Positions 26,941 to 35,067 of a DNA stretch of 64,000 nucleotides are shown piece by piece; position 1 is the first letter of the stretch; the number at the start of each line of letters is the position of its first letter. Under the pieces are notes generated by a model. The model saw nothing but the letters and a program-made list of their open reading frames with translations. It had not been told where the DNA came from and made no database searches. The stretch comes from Candidatus Gottesmanbacteria bacterium. Its GTDB lineage: Bacteria > Patescibacteriota > Microgenomatia > UBA10105 > UBA927. A program made the position numbers and the translations under genes. The stretch is from positions 128,915 through 192,914 of the forward strand of contig JAUXTO010000022.1 of NCBI GenBank assembly GCA_030679255.1, in the 5' to 3' direction.

Positions 26941-29085
26941 CTACTCATACAACCTTGCCCTAACAAGCAAGTGAAATTTCTGACTATCATAAAGTGTTTT
27001 CATCAGGGCACGACGAGCATCTTGATCAGACAACGCAAGAATCTGTTTTCCTATACTATTGGCACCTTTCATTCCAATATTATCTTCAAGAAACTTTCCT
27101 TGATAAGCAAAGCTTGGATTATATTGTGAGGATGTCTTTGATGCATCATTCACATCAACTAATCCCATGCCAGTTGCCAGAAATATTTGGAACATCTGCC
27201 CAGGCGTTGGCTCCTTACCCACTTGCGCTTCCCAGAACGGTTGTCCATTTGGCAGCGTTGCATTTTTATGAAAATCTCTTGTACCCAACACCGAATCAGT
27301 ACTACCGATAGTATCGGTTATTCTCCCAATGGTAATAATATACGTATTCGGTTTCTCGATGGGGATATAAACGTGCATTTTAACTTTTATATCAACGCTT
27401 TTTCCAATACTCCAATCCATCTTCGGCAACGTCACATCATGTCCTCCGGCATAAATAGCCATTTGATAATATGCTGTATATTGGTATGGGATATCTTTAC
27501 CTAGTGGATCTAGCGTCGGCTGCAAATTAAAGCTTGGCTTTTGATAGGCGGGGTCCGCCTTTATTTTTTTAATCTTTTCTTGTAAGCTAGGTGTATTTAT
27601 CGCGTCAAATTTTTCTTTTGCTAAACGTGTTGCATATTCAGAATTTATTGCACAACATTCCGCAAAATTCACCGGTGGATTTAAGACCCAATTCCGTGCC
27701 TCCGGCGTCGAGGTCGGGGCAAAAGTAGGAGTAACCGTCGGGACGGCAGGCTTTGTCGGGGACACCTGTTGTTCAGCTAATTTAAAAGCACTGAGCAGGA
27801 TGTTTCCCATCATCGTTCTAAACCCGTCCGGGGTCTTTGACGCGCCACTTCCCGAGTCGGTTAATTGGGTTGATTTTCCTAACTCCTTGTCTACTAGCCA
27901 TAACGACTCCCCATCAAACACCATGCTCCACTTTCCTATCACTATTTTTCCATTCCTGGCTTCTCCAAGCTGGAATACCTTCTTACCAACTGTAGAGGAA
28001 GCTTCGTCTGTAACCAATGCGTATCCCTCACATGGATTGCCTTGCGCGTCACAGCGTACAAAAAATGGTACCGATCGTGTTGATTTGTCTTTTCCGAGAA
28101 ATACGGCCTGACCAACAGCCCATCGATCGCTAGAATTAAATGAGGCATCTGAACTGACGGGGCGTAAAACCACTAACTCATCAACGCCTTCCTGTGTTAG
28201 AAATTGTACGGGTCGATCGAATTGGTATTGCTCCGATCCGAATGCAACGCTGTACCACGGTTTCGTCGATGCGTTGACAAGATCTTTAAAAGATGTTGCC
28301 CTATTATCTATTTTTGCCGGGTTTTCTACCCGAACAGGTTGGACTGACGATATTGGCGTACATGCACTTAAAACTAAACTTGACGCTACAACACCATTGA
28401 CTCCCCATCGAAACGCTTTTATTTTTTTAAACCTTCTCCCAAGAGAATCTTTCTTGGGCGTTTTAATGGGTATTCCGGTTTCTGCCATTAAACCAGCGGC
28501 TAGCCCGATGCCAAACAAGGGGCCTAGTCCACCATTCGCTTCAGTGGGAGCATCAGAAGTAAACAATGTTCCTGCGGACGAATTTGGCCCAGTTTGTCGC
28601 AATTTTGCGTTCCTTAATTTTGTTAGATCCCAGTCGTTTGCTTCTGCGAGTAGTGCTGCGTCTGGAGAAGCGCCGCCTGCTTGCCTCACTGCAGCTTCAC
28701 GCGTAATCAAACCGGAATCTTCTGCTCCACGAATTGCACTCAAAAATTCTATTCTCTGTGCATGCTGCATCGCCAATTGCACCTCAAGGGAAACTGGCTG
28801 TCCAAAGCGTGTCCTCGGTTTTTCCGGCATCACACTAAATACTTCAAACCCGCTTGGAGTCAAACCAACATAATGAGTGGCGTTATGTCGAACAAGGGAG
28901 ATAACTTGTGTAGGAGTTAAAAGATCGCCTTTTTGATCGTCAACGAAAAATTTGTCGTGGACATTTTCCCAATCTGTTGAAATACTACTTGGATTAATAT
29001 GGGCTTCAGATTCACCAAGCAAATATCCTTCGTGCCTCACAAAAAAATCTGGATGTGTCGCGTAGGCCTCTGTAGAGTTAATCAT
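26941..29085 (-). CDS. large hypothetical protein with internal lipoprotein-type signal (possible lipoprotein if translation starts internally)
   Basis: Around residue 205-250 the sequence MAETGIPIKTPKKDSLGRRFKKIKAFRW-GVNGVVASSLVLSAC has the n-region, h-region and LSAC lipobox of a lipoprotein signal. Confidence 0.45.
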   Translation of the reverse strand: MINSTEAYATHPDFFVRHEGYLLGESEAHINPSSISTDWENVHDKFFVDDQKGDLLTPTQVISLVRHNATHYVGLTPSGFEVFSVMPEKPRTRFGQPVSLEVQLAMQHAQRIEFLSAIRGAEDSGLITREAAVRQAGGASPDAALLAEANDWDLTKLRNAKLRQTGPNSSAGTLFTSDAPTEANGGLGPLFGIGLAAGLMAETGIPIKTPKKDSLGRRFKKIKAFRWGVNGVVASSLVLSACTPISSVQPVRVENPAKIDNRATSFKDLVNASTKPWYSVAFGSEQYQFDRPVQFLTQEGVDELVVLRPVSSDASFNSSDRWAVGQAVFLGKDKSTRSVPFFVRCDAQGNPCEGYALVTDEASSTVGKKVFQLGEARNGKIVIGKWSMVFDGESLWLVDKELGKSTQLTDSGSGASKTPDGFRTMMGNILLSAFKLAEQQVSPTKPAVPTVTPTFAPTSTPEARNWVLNPPVNFAECCAINSEYATRLAKEKFDAINTPSLQEKIKKIKADPAYQKPSFNLQPTLDPLGKDIPYQYTAYYQMAIYAGGHDVTLPKMDWSIGKSVDIKVKMHVYIPIEKPNTYIITIGRITDTIGSTDSVLGTRDFHKNATLPNGQPFWEAQVGKEPTPGQMFQIFLATGMGLVDVNDASKTSSQYNPSFAYQGKFLEDNIGMKGANSIGKQILALSDQDARRALMKTLYDSQKFHLLVRARLYE

Positions 29086-29110
29086 AAAAACCTATAGTAT
29101 CATTTTAAGT

Positions 29111-29232
29111 GCTCTCCGTCAACCCAGCTCCGGTTTTTTTTGCTTACATAAACTGGTGCTCGGATCAACCCAAAAAAATACCCCGCCGGGGCGGGGGTTA
29201 TTCTGCCGTTTTATCTGTGACAATAAATTTGT
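29111..29232. repeat. cassette-boundary repeat X1 (contains hairpin CCCCGCC-GG-GGCGGGG flanked by A-run/T-run)
   Basis: It shares gctctccgtcaaccc...ggtgctcggatcaacccaaaaaaataccccgccggggcggggg...ttattctgccgttttatc modules with 30606-30668, 31015-31102 and 32626-32700. Confidence 0.8.
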
Positions 29233-29329
29233 CTAAAAACTTTTTCATAGATTTCTTCTTCTGTATGCTACTATACAAAACTCCCTCTTCCCTGTCAATT
29301 TTTGACCACTTTCCCTGCTCACCGTCAAT

Positions 29330-29584
29330 TCAATTTCGACCACTGTCCAATAATCGAAAAAACTGATCAATGGTCACGAGGTGAACGTCATCGTATTGAC
29401 GCAAACGAAGGAGGTGTGCGTCTCCGGTCACGATATAGCCCGCGTTCCCAACAAGAGCAGTTTCAACGATGGGGTTATCTTCGAGGTAAGCACCAAACAG
29501 ACCTTCGTTCACGATTGCTGCTGGTCTTCCACCAAAAAGAATACCGGAAAGGTACACGTTTGTATCAAGAACTGAGCGTAGCAT
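29330..29584 (-). CDS. short PIN-family protein (TIGR00305-like, middle region missing)
   Basis: N-terminal motif VLDTNVYLSGILFGG and C-terminal motif YIVTGDAHLL...VTIDQFFRLL. Confidence 0.45.
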   Translation of the reverse strand: MLRSVLDTNVYLSGILFGGRPAAIVNEGLFGAYLEDNPIVETALVGNAGYIVTGDAHLLRLRQYDDVHLVTIDQFFRLLDSGRN

Positions 29585-29774
29585 TCGGGTATCGCGTGTC
29601 ATACAGTGTTCGCATCACGTCACGTATTGATAACGAAGCCTTCTTTGATCGCGCCACGCCTCGCTTTACTGCTTTTTGCCAGGAGATCACCGCCTTCAAT
29701 CCATCAATTTCTGATTGCAGGCGTGCGACTCTGGTCGTCATGGTGTTTGGTGAAAAACGAATAATCGGTTCCAT
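29565..29774 (-). CDS. putative antitoxin partner of the PIN-like protein
   Basis: A small basic protein directly upstream of the PIN gene and overlapping it; no confident family assignment. Confidence 0.3.
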   Translation of the reverse strand: MEPIIRFSPNTMTTRVARLQSEIDGLKAVISWQKAVKRGVARSKKASLSIRDVMRTLYDTRYPNATLSS

Positions 29775-29828
29775 ACTCAGAGTATACAAAAATACGACTA
29801 CTATTACAAATTTGGTGTCACTTTCTCT

Positions 29829-29925
29829 GCTCTCCGTCAACTCTACTTTTTCGTCAAAAAAGGACCCCTCATCGGGGTCTCTGGTGATCCTTGATGGAAA
29901 AAGTGATAAAATCATCGACCAAATA
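29829..29925. repeat. cassette-boundary repeat Y1 (hairpin GACCCC-TCAT-GGGGTC after A-run)
   Basis: gctctccgtcaactc...caaaaaaggacccctcatcggggtctctggtgatccttgatgg...tgataaaat is nearly identical to 31521-31600. Confidence 0.8.
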
Positions 29926-29930
29926 CTCTT

Positions 29931-30284
29931 TCATGGATAGTTGTGTTGCAATTTTTTTTGCAGTACTACCAGCTGCTTTTTAAGGATTGGAAGTTCTTGC
30001 TCCACTATCTCCCACACCCTACCCATGCTCATTCCAGCATACTCATGAATGGCCACATTGCGAAATCCTACAATAGACCGCCACTGAGTTTCGGGTGAAA
30101 GAACGCGAATATCATCAGGGATGCGGGTAGATGCTTCCCCGATTATCATCAGCCTACGAATTACGGAATCCTGTTTTTCCTTATCTCTGGAAAAATCCAC
30201 CTCCGTGACACCTGATACATACTCTTCAATAAGCGCTATCGCCTCGAGCATATCACTCACAAACACAAGAATATTTTTATTCAT
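29931..30284 (-). CDS. hepT: HepT-like toxin (DUF86/HEPN)
   Basis: FRNVAIHEYAGMSM carries the HEPN motif. It overlaps the upstream MNT gene by 4 nt. Confidence 0.8.
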   Translation of the reverse strand: MNKNILVFVSDMLEAIALIEEYVSGVTEVDFSRDKEKQDSVIRRLMIIGEASTRIPDDIRVLSPETQWRSIVGFRNVAIHEYAGMSMGRVWEIVEQELPILKKQLVVLQKKLQHNYP

Positions 30285-30574
30285 AATTTCGCCTCGTACA
30301 TCGTCACTGCATCAGCTAATATGCCGTCCTTAAACTCAGGGCGCAATGCAACATATTCAACGAGGTCTACGTGGCGGCCAAACCGTTCTGAAAGCTCTTC
30401 TTGTAGTCCAAAAAAGTCGAGTGCTCTTCCTTCTCCCATTTCCACAAGGATATCGATATCGCTACTCGCGCTTCCTGCTTCGCCGCGGGCAATAGATCCA
30501 AAAAGTGCAGCTTTTCGAACCTTATACTGTTTAAACAGCTCGGTTGTCTTTTGTTTTATCGCTTGTATATCCAT
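30281..30574 (-). CDS. mntA: MNT nucleotidyltransferase antitoxin
   Basis: LFGSIARGEAGSASSDIDILV. The start is trimmed to MDIQAIK. Confidence 0.8.
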   Translation of the reverse strand: MDIQAIKQKTTELFKQYKVRKAALFGSIARGEAGSASSDIDILVEMGEGRALDFFGLQEELSERFGRHVDLVEYVALRPEFKDGILADAVTMYEAKL

Positions 30575-30605
30575 AACAAGAGTATAGCATGATAACTCAC
30601 GAATT

Positions 30606-30668
30606 TCCAAAAAAAATACCCCGCCTGGACGGAGTTTATTCTGCCGTTTTATCAAGTGCAATAAAAAT
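30606..30668. repeat. cassette-boundary repeat X2 (partial; hairpin + ttattctgccgttttatc tail)
   Basis: aatttccaaaaaaaataccccgcctggacggagtttattctgccgttttatcaagtgcaataaa matches the 3' half of X1. Confidence 0.75.
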
Positions 30669-30692
30669 ATCCGGATAGATGATCATGCGTTT

Positions 30693-30902
30693 TTATGCGT
30701 ATACCGCAGGAATGCTTAATGTAAGCGACGTGATATCTTTCTTAGCAACCTTGCTCGAGACATCCAAGACCTCTATACCTACCATATCCTCTCCTGCATA
30801 ATCCACGAGAAGATCGTCACGAAGCTCAAGCGTTTTCGTGCTTTTCTTATCGGAAAAGTAAATATACATGGCATTGGCTTTTGGATCAAAGGTGACATTC
30901 AT
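30693..30902 (-). CDS. DUF2283 domain protein
   Basis: 69 aa; the N-terminus VTFDPKANAMYIYFSD...VDYAGEDMVGIEVL is typical of DUF2283. Confidence 0.6.
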   Translation of the reverse strand: MNVTFDPKANAMYIYFSDKKSTKTLELRDDLLVDYAGEDMVGIEVLDVSSKVAKKDITSLTLSIPAVYA

Positions 30903-31014
30903 ATGAACATATCTTACTGTTTTATCCGATTCTTTATTCGACTAACCTCTTATCTATGCCGCGCGCAGCAAGCACTTCTTCCGCGTGTTTCGTGTAGATG
31001 ATTCGCTTCATATT

Positions 31015-31102
31015 CGCTCTGCCGTCAACCCAGCGCCTGTCTCCTGGTGCTCGGGTCAACCCAAAAAAATACCCCGTCGCTGGGGCCTGATCATTTTTTT
31101 CC
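31015..31102. repeat. cassette-boundary repeat X3
   Basis: ctgccgtcaacccagcgcctg...ggtgctcgggtcaacccaaaaaaataccccgtcgctgggg. Confidence 0.8.
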
Positions 31103-31237
31103 TAAGCCCGCATCATGCGGACCAAGCGCATCAATGGTCAGCGTGTCACCGTCTTTACGAAAAGACGCGCGGTGATGCCGGTCTAAAGGAAGCTTCAAAA
31201 ATGCCTTTTCTGCGTCATGCGAAAAGATAATGTTCAT
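31091..31237 (-). pseudogene. truncated RelE/ParE-family toxin remnant (48 codons)
   Basis: Manual translation gives MNIIFSHDAEKAFLKLPLDRHHRASFRKDGDTLTIDALGPHDAGLGKK. The N-terminus matches the RelE/ParE start and the C-terminus the IGHRKD-like end, with the middle missing. Its start overlaps the antitoxin stop (ATGA). The 3' half is made of repeat X3. Confidence 0.35.
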
Positions 31238-31515
31238 GGGGCAATCGAGTCAAGATGCCGTACGAAATCATTTGCTGAATCAAACGATTTATACTTTCCG
31301 GCAGCGACATCTTTTTTTGATCGCTCAATGCTTTGCTCCCACCAGGCATCACTGCCGTACTGAGCGGGAAGGATCTGGCTAAGCCTTTTGCGCATAGCAA
31401 GAGCCGCACGGGAAAACGTCTCCAGATCGTCCAGGAGTCCCGAGAGCGCCTTTGTGTCAATTTCTGTAGATAGCGTTTTTCCATTTGCCATATGGTTTCC
31501 TTGTATCATGTTCAT
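31234..31515 (-). CDS. ParD/RelB-like antitoxin
   Basis: The C-terminal region SIERSKKDVAAGKYKSFDSANDFVRHLD resembles ParD-family antitoxins. It is coupled to the downstream toxin remnant. Confidence 0.45.
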   Translation of the reverse strand: MNMIQGNHMANGKTLSTEIDTKALSGLLDDLETFSRAALAMRKRLSQILPAQYGSDAWWEQSIERSKKDVAAGKYKSFDSANDFVRHLDSIAP

Positions 31516-31520
31516 GGCGA

Positions 31521-31600
31521 ACTGTCAAAACAATTTCCAAAAAAAGACCCCTCATCGGGGTCTCTGGTGATCCTTGATGGCCATTGATAAAATGTTCAAC
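31521..31600. repeat. cassette-boundary repeat Y2
   Basis: caatttccaaaaaaagacccctcatcggggtctctggtgatccttgatgg...ttgataaaat. Confidence 0.8.
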
Positions 31601-31610
31601 TATTTTTTCG

Positions 31611-31922
31611 TCATAGTATTTGAATACCATGGGTTTTTACTTCATGAACCAATAAATTATATTTATCATCAAAATCGGCAGGATTAAATGCTACTGGTTC
31701 AATTCTGCTGTCCACTTTTAATGTTTCGAGGCGCAAATCCATTTCCTCGTCAAAATAGTCTTTCCCAAACGCGGGGGATATGATGCATACATCGATATCG
31801 CTTCCATCATGGATAAACCCTCTTGCAAACGAACCAAACAGATAAGCAGACTGCACCGGATATTTATGGGATATGAGTGCTAAATACTTTTTCAATAATA
31901 TTGTTACGTCGGCTTTACTCAT
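31611..31922 (-). CDS. MNT-type nucleotidyltransferase (antitoxin-like)
   Basis: LFGSFARGFIHDGSDIDVCI, a GSx10DxD NTase motif. It overlaps the upstream HEPN gene by 4 nt. Confidence 0.75.
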   Translation of the reverse strand: MSKADVTILLKKYLALISHKYPVQSAYLFGSFARGFIHDGSDIDVCIISPAFGKDYFDEEMDLRLETLKVDSRIEPVAFNPADFDDKYNLLVHEVKTHGIQIL

Positions 31923-32344
31923 AAAGAAAAATGTGAAATAAGCACTATTCTAATTTCTGTCGCTTTTTGAAACCACAAGTCTGCGTATTCTTTATTGGCT
32001 TTTTTATAAAAATTTTTCTTGTAATCATCGTAACGCGCAGAGAGATTAAAGGAAGATAGTTCTTTTAGATCAGATACCTGGGACTGGGACATCTCAATTT
32101 CTGCTCTCTTGGCCAACTCCACCAGATCATGAATAGCCAACGGATGACTGTCCTTACGATGATAATGGAGACCTTTGAGTAATTTCTCAAGCGATAGGTG
32201 GATAAAAAATAATGCATAATCATATCTCTTCCCCCCAGCGTAAATTTCCTGAGAAAACTCCCAGTCCTTATCCGATGTTTGCTTCCAAAAAGCTACCACT
32301 TCTTCTTGCGTCATGGTTACATTATATACTAATGTTTTCGTCAA
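31919..32344 (-). CDS. HEPN domain protein (toxin-like)
   Basis: Alpha-helical protein of 141 aa paired with the MNT gene. The partner order HEPN then MNT is inverted relative to the two HepT/MNT pairs. Confidence 0.65.
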   Translation of the reverse strand: MTKTLVYNVTMTQEEVVAFWKQTSDKDWEFSQEIYAGGKRYDYALFFIHLSLEKLLKGLHYHRKDSHPLAIHDLVELAKRAEIEMSQSQVSDLKELSSFNLSARYDDYKKNFYKKANKEYADLWFQKATEIRIVLISHFSL

Positions 32345-32595
32345 GCAAAAACGTATGGCTGAGGTTGGGGCGAGAAGGGGACATACTCTATAGATTTCAC
32401 CCGCTCTGCGGCATAATGCAGTGCCACCTCCACCGCCCCCTTCGGGACGGTCGGATATGCACTATACACCTCACCCGCCGTCGAGCCGGATTCCAAAAGT
32501 TCCGGGATTTGCCACACCATCACCCGAGTGCCGGCGATCACCGGCTTTCCGTGGCAAATATGAGGGTCAATGCTAATAGTTATTGTTCGTTTCAT
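32341..32595 (-). CDS. DUF433 domain protein
   Basis: HICHGKPVIAGTRVMV is the DUF433 signature. A 4-nt overlap couples it to the HEPN gene. Confidence 0.7.
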   Translation of the reverse strand: MKRTITISIDPHICHGKPVIAGTRVMVWQIPELLESGSTAGEVYSAYPTVPKGAVEVALHYAAERVKSIEYVPFSPQPQPYVFA

Positions 32596-32625
32596 TACGA
32601 GTGATTATACGTTTTTGTCTCTATC

Positions 32626-32700
32626 AGCGTCAATCCAGCACCTGCCCGCTGGTGCTCGGATCAACCCAAAAAATACCCCGCCGGGGCGGGGCTTGATTAT
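32626..32700. repeat. cassette-boundary repeat X4
   Basis: cgtcaatccagcacctgcccgctggtgctcggatcaacccaaaaaataccccgccggggcggggcttgatt. Confidence 0.8.
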
Positions 32701-33299
32701 CCAATGAGTTCTCTCTTCAATAATGTTCCTACAAACATCACAGCTTTACCGAGAAGTTTGAGGTCAAACCGTACTGATTTTTGCTTCGTGTAGGCAATGT
32801 CGCTTCGCATCCACTCGTCAAACGGCCTGGAGTGGTAGCCTTCAAATATCCAGGGAGAGATGATGCCGGGCAAGATCGCGTGGCGCTTCCGCATCCAAGG
32901 CTTAAGGAGTTTGGCTTCCACGCTCGGCAACGGCCGCGGACCGAAGAGGGCCATCTCGCCGCGCACCACGTTGACCAGTTGTGGCAATTCATCGAGTCCC
33001 ACGTGGCTCAAAAACTTGCCCAACCGCGTAAACCGCGGGTCGTCATACATTTTAAATACCGGCCCACGCGCTTGATTGCGACGGAGATAATAGCGTTTAA
33101 GTTGCTCCGCCCCCAGCTTCATCGTCCGGAATTTCACCATCGTAAACGGTTTTCCGCCCAGTCCCACCCGCCGCTGCCGGTAGAGGACGGGGGAGCCGTC
33201 GATAAGCCGGATAAGGATAGCCACCACCCCCATGACGGGCAATGCGCCAAGAAACAAAAGGGAAATAAATATCCGATACGCCCACTTCTTCATATGCAT
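32697..33299 (-). CDS. sugar phosphotransferase (bacterial sugar transferase family, WbaP/WcaJ C-terminal-type)
   Basis: KFRTM...GPRP motif region FGPRPLPSVEAKL, 200 aa with one TM helix. Confidence 0.8.
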   Translation of the reverse strand: MHMKKWAYRIFISLLFLGALPVMGVVAILIRLIDGSPVLYRQRRVGLGGKPFTMVKFRTMKLGAEQLKRYYLRRNQARGPVFKMYDDPRFTRLGKFLSHVGLDELPQLVNVVRGEMALFGPRPLPSVEAKLLKPWMRKRHAILPGIISPWIFEGYHSRPFDEWMRSDIAYTKQKSVRFDLKLLGKAVMFVGTLLKRELIG

Positions 33300-33428
33300 T
33301 TTTCGTTTCGATCATACCATACCTCCCGTATCCTCCCGTATCCTCCCATAATTTCCCGTACCTTCTCGTACGATCTCCTCTATTCTCCTCATCTCTCCTA
33401 ACTTCTCCTAAATGCTACTATATACAAT
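33300..33428. promoter_or_regulatory. divergent intergenic region with tandem CCTCCCGTAT / TCTCCT repeats
   Basis: acctcccgtatcctcccgtatcctcccataatttcccgtaccttctcgtacg, then several further tctcct tandem units, between divergently transcribed genes. Confidence 0.4.
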
Positions 33429-33968
33429 ATGAAGCGCATCCATGCTGCCGGCCTCTTCCTTCTCTTGGCCGCCTTCCTTTTTGGTCTCTCTGTTGGTAAA
33501 ACGACTTCCTCTTCGTCTACCCAATTACCAAAGACTTCATCATCGCCAGCCCCCACACCGCGGGATGCAATCGTTCCCACCCCGCAACCCGGCTACTACA
33601 AGGTCGCTCGGGTGTTAGATGGGGATACCATAGAAATTTCTTCCGGAGAACGCGTCCGCTATCATGGGATTGACGCCCCGGAAAATAACGAGAAGTGGGG
33701 GACGGTCGCGTATAAAACCAACCGTGACTTGGTCGAGGGAAAAACAGTACGGATCGAGATCGACCGGCCAACACGCGATCAATATGGACGGATACTGGCG
33801 TATGTTTGGGTAGGGAACACCATGGTGAATGAGCGCTTGGTCGACGACGGACTTGCGAAAATTCTTATTATCAAAGGTGAGGTCAAATTGAAATATCTCT
33901 CCATTCTCCAAGCCGCCGAAGCGCGGGCCAGGGGCGCTACTCGCGGCCTCTGGACCCCCCAGCCATAG
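33429..33968 (+). CDS. secreted thermonuclease (SNase-like)
   Basis: Signal or TM segment, then VLDGDTIEI...RYHGIDAPE, the staphylococcal-nuclease catalytic core. Confidence 0.85.
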   Translation: MKRIHAAGLFLLLAAFLFGLSVGKTTSSSSTQLPKTSSSPAPTPRDAIVPTPQPGYYKVARVLDGDTIEISSGERVRYHGIDAPENNEKWGTVAYKTNRDLVEGKTVRIEIDRPTRDQYGRILAYVWVGNTMVNERLVDDGLAKILIIKGEVKLKYLSILQAAEARARGATRGLWTPQP

Positions 33969-33993
33969 CGGGACGTGGTCACACTCACATCAG

Positions 33994-35037
33994 TCACGCG
34001 CTCCACAGCTCCTCGATGATCTTCTCTGTGGTGTGCGTGAGCCGCCACTGAGGATAATGGCGTTGAAATTTTTTTACGTCAGATACATACCATTGATGAT
34101 CGCCGATACGGGGCGTATCGACAAAAGTTATATCTATTGTTGTTTTTCCCAAACGCTCAATCATCGCGATTGCTTCAATGAGAGAAATGTTTGAGGCGCG
34201 CGATCCGCCCATGTTATACACTTCCCCCGGCCGCGGTTTCTCGTAAAACGCGTCAAATGCGGCAACAAGGTTAGATACGTGCAGATTGTCCCGGACCTGT
34301 TTACCTTTATACCCATAGACGGTATACGGACGATTCTCTTTAGCAGAGCGCACGAGGAAGGATAAAAATCCATGCTGCCGTGCTCCGCGGTGCGCCGGAC
34401 CCGTGAGACACCCGCAACGGAATACGCCGGTCCGCAGCCCAAAATATCGTCCATATTCCTGGACCATAAGATCGGCGGCCGTCTTTGATACACCAAATAC
34501 TGTGTGTGTCGTCTTATCGATAGTCATCGATTCATTGATGCCATCATAGGACGGATGGGTTGTGGGCAAATCATAACGAGTAGGAAGCTCGACAAACGGA
34601 AGCGCGTTGGGGGAGTCGCCATACACTTTGTTCGTAGACGTAAAAATATACACCGCATCTGGACTATACTTCCTCGCGTTTTCCAATAACGATAGCGTCG
34701 CGGTCGCATTGATGGCAAAGTCACCAATTGGGTCAGTCGCCGACCAATCATGGGACGGTTGACCGGCCGCGTGAATGATGAGGTCAAACCGGACGCTTTT
34801 AAACAAATCCTGTAATGCCAGTTCATCTCGAATGTCAAAATCGTGATGATGATATTTTTTATGTGAACTAACTAGGGACTCGCGCACGCCGCTCGTGTCC
34901 CCATCGGATCCGAAAAAATACTTTCGCATATTATTATCGATTCCGTGGACGACGTACCCTTTTTGACTATAAAACCGCACGGCTTCCGATCCAACGAGGC
35001 CCGCAGAACCAGTGATGAGTATGTGTTTCGTTTTCAT
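33994..35037 (-). CDS. NAD-dependent epimerase/dehydratase family (CDP-paratose 2-epimerase-like)
   Basis: Rossmann motif ITGSAGLVGS and the YxxxK region STNKVYG...SKTAADL. Confidence 0.7.
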   Translation of the reverse strand: MKTKHILITGSAGLVGSEAVRFYSQKGYVVHGIDNNMRKYFFGSDGDTSGVRESLVSSHKKYHHHDFDIRDELALQDLFKSVRFDLIIHAAGQPSHDWSATDPIGDFAINATATLSLLENARKYSPDAVYIFTSTNKVYGDSPNALPFVELPTRYDLPTTHPSYDGINESMTIDKTTHTVFGVSKTAADLMVQEYGRYFGLRTGVFRCGCLTGPAHRGARQHGFLSFLVRSAKENRPYTVYGYKGKQVRDNLHVSNLVAAFDAFYEKPRPGEVYNMGGSRASNISLIEAIAMIERLGKTTIDITFVDTPRIGDHQWYVSDVKKFQRHYPQWRLTHTTEKIIEELWSA

Positions 35038-35067
35038 AGATTGCCGTCATAGTATAATACTCCCGCT

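Noticed and set aside
28274-28873. 199-aa plus-strand ORF
   Set aside because: It lies antisense inside the 714-aa gene and has no motifs.
29302-29940. 212-aa plus-strand ORF
   Set aside because: It is antisense to two TA cassettes and crosses cassette-boundary repeat Y1.
23049-32700. Possible CRISPR array formed by the GC-rich repeats (A/B) or the X/Y repeat families
   Set aside because: The repeat units are long (60-300 bp), differ between copies, are irregularly spaced at 0.4-1.4 kb, and the intervening segments hold intact genes. There are no short identical direct repeats with regular 30-40-bp spacers.
32781-33401. 206-aa plus-strand ORF
   Set aside because: It is antisense to the sugar phosphotransferase, which has a clear family match.
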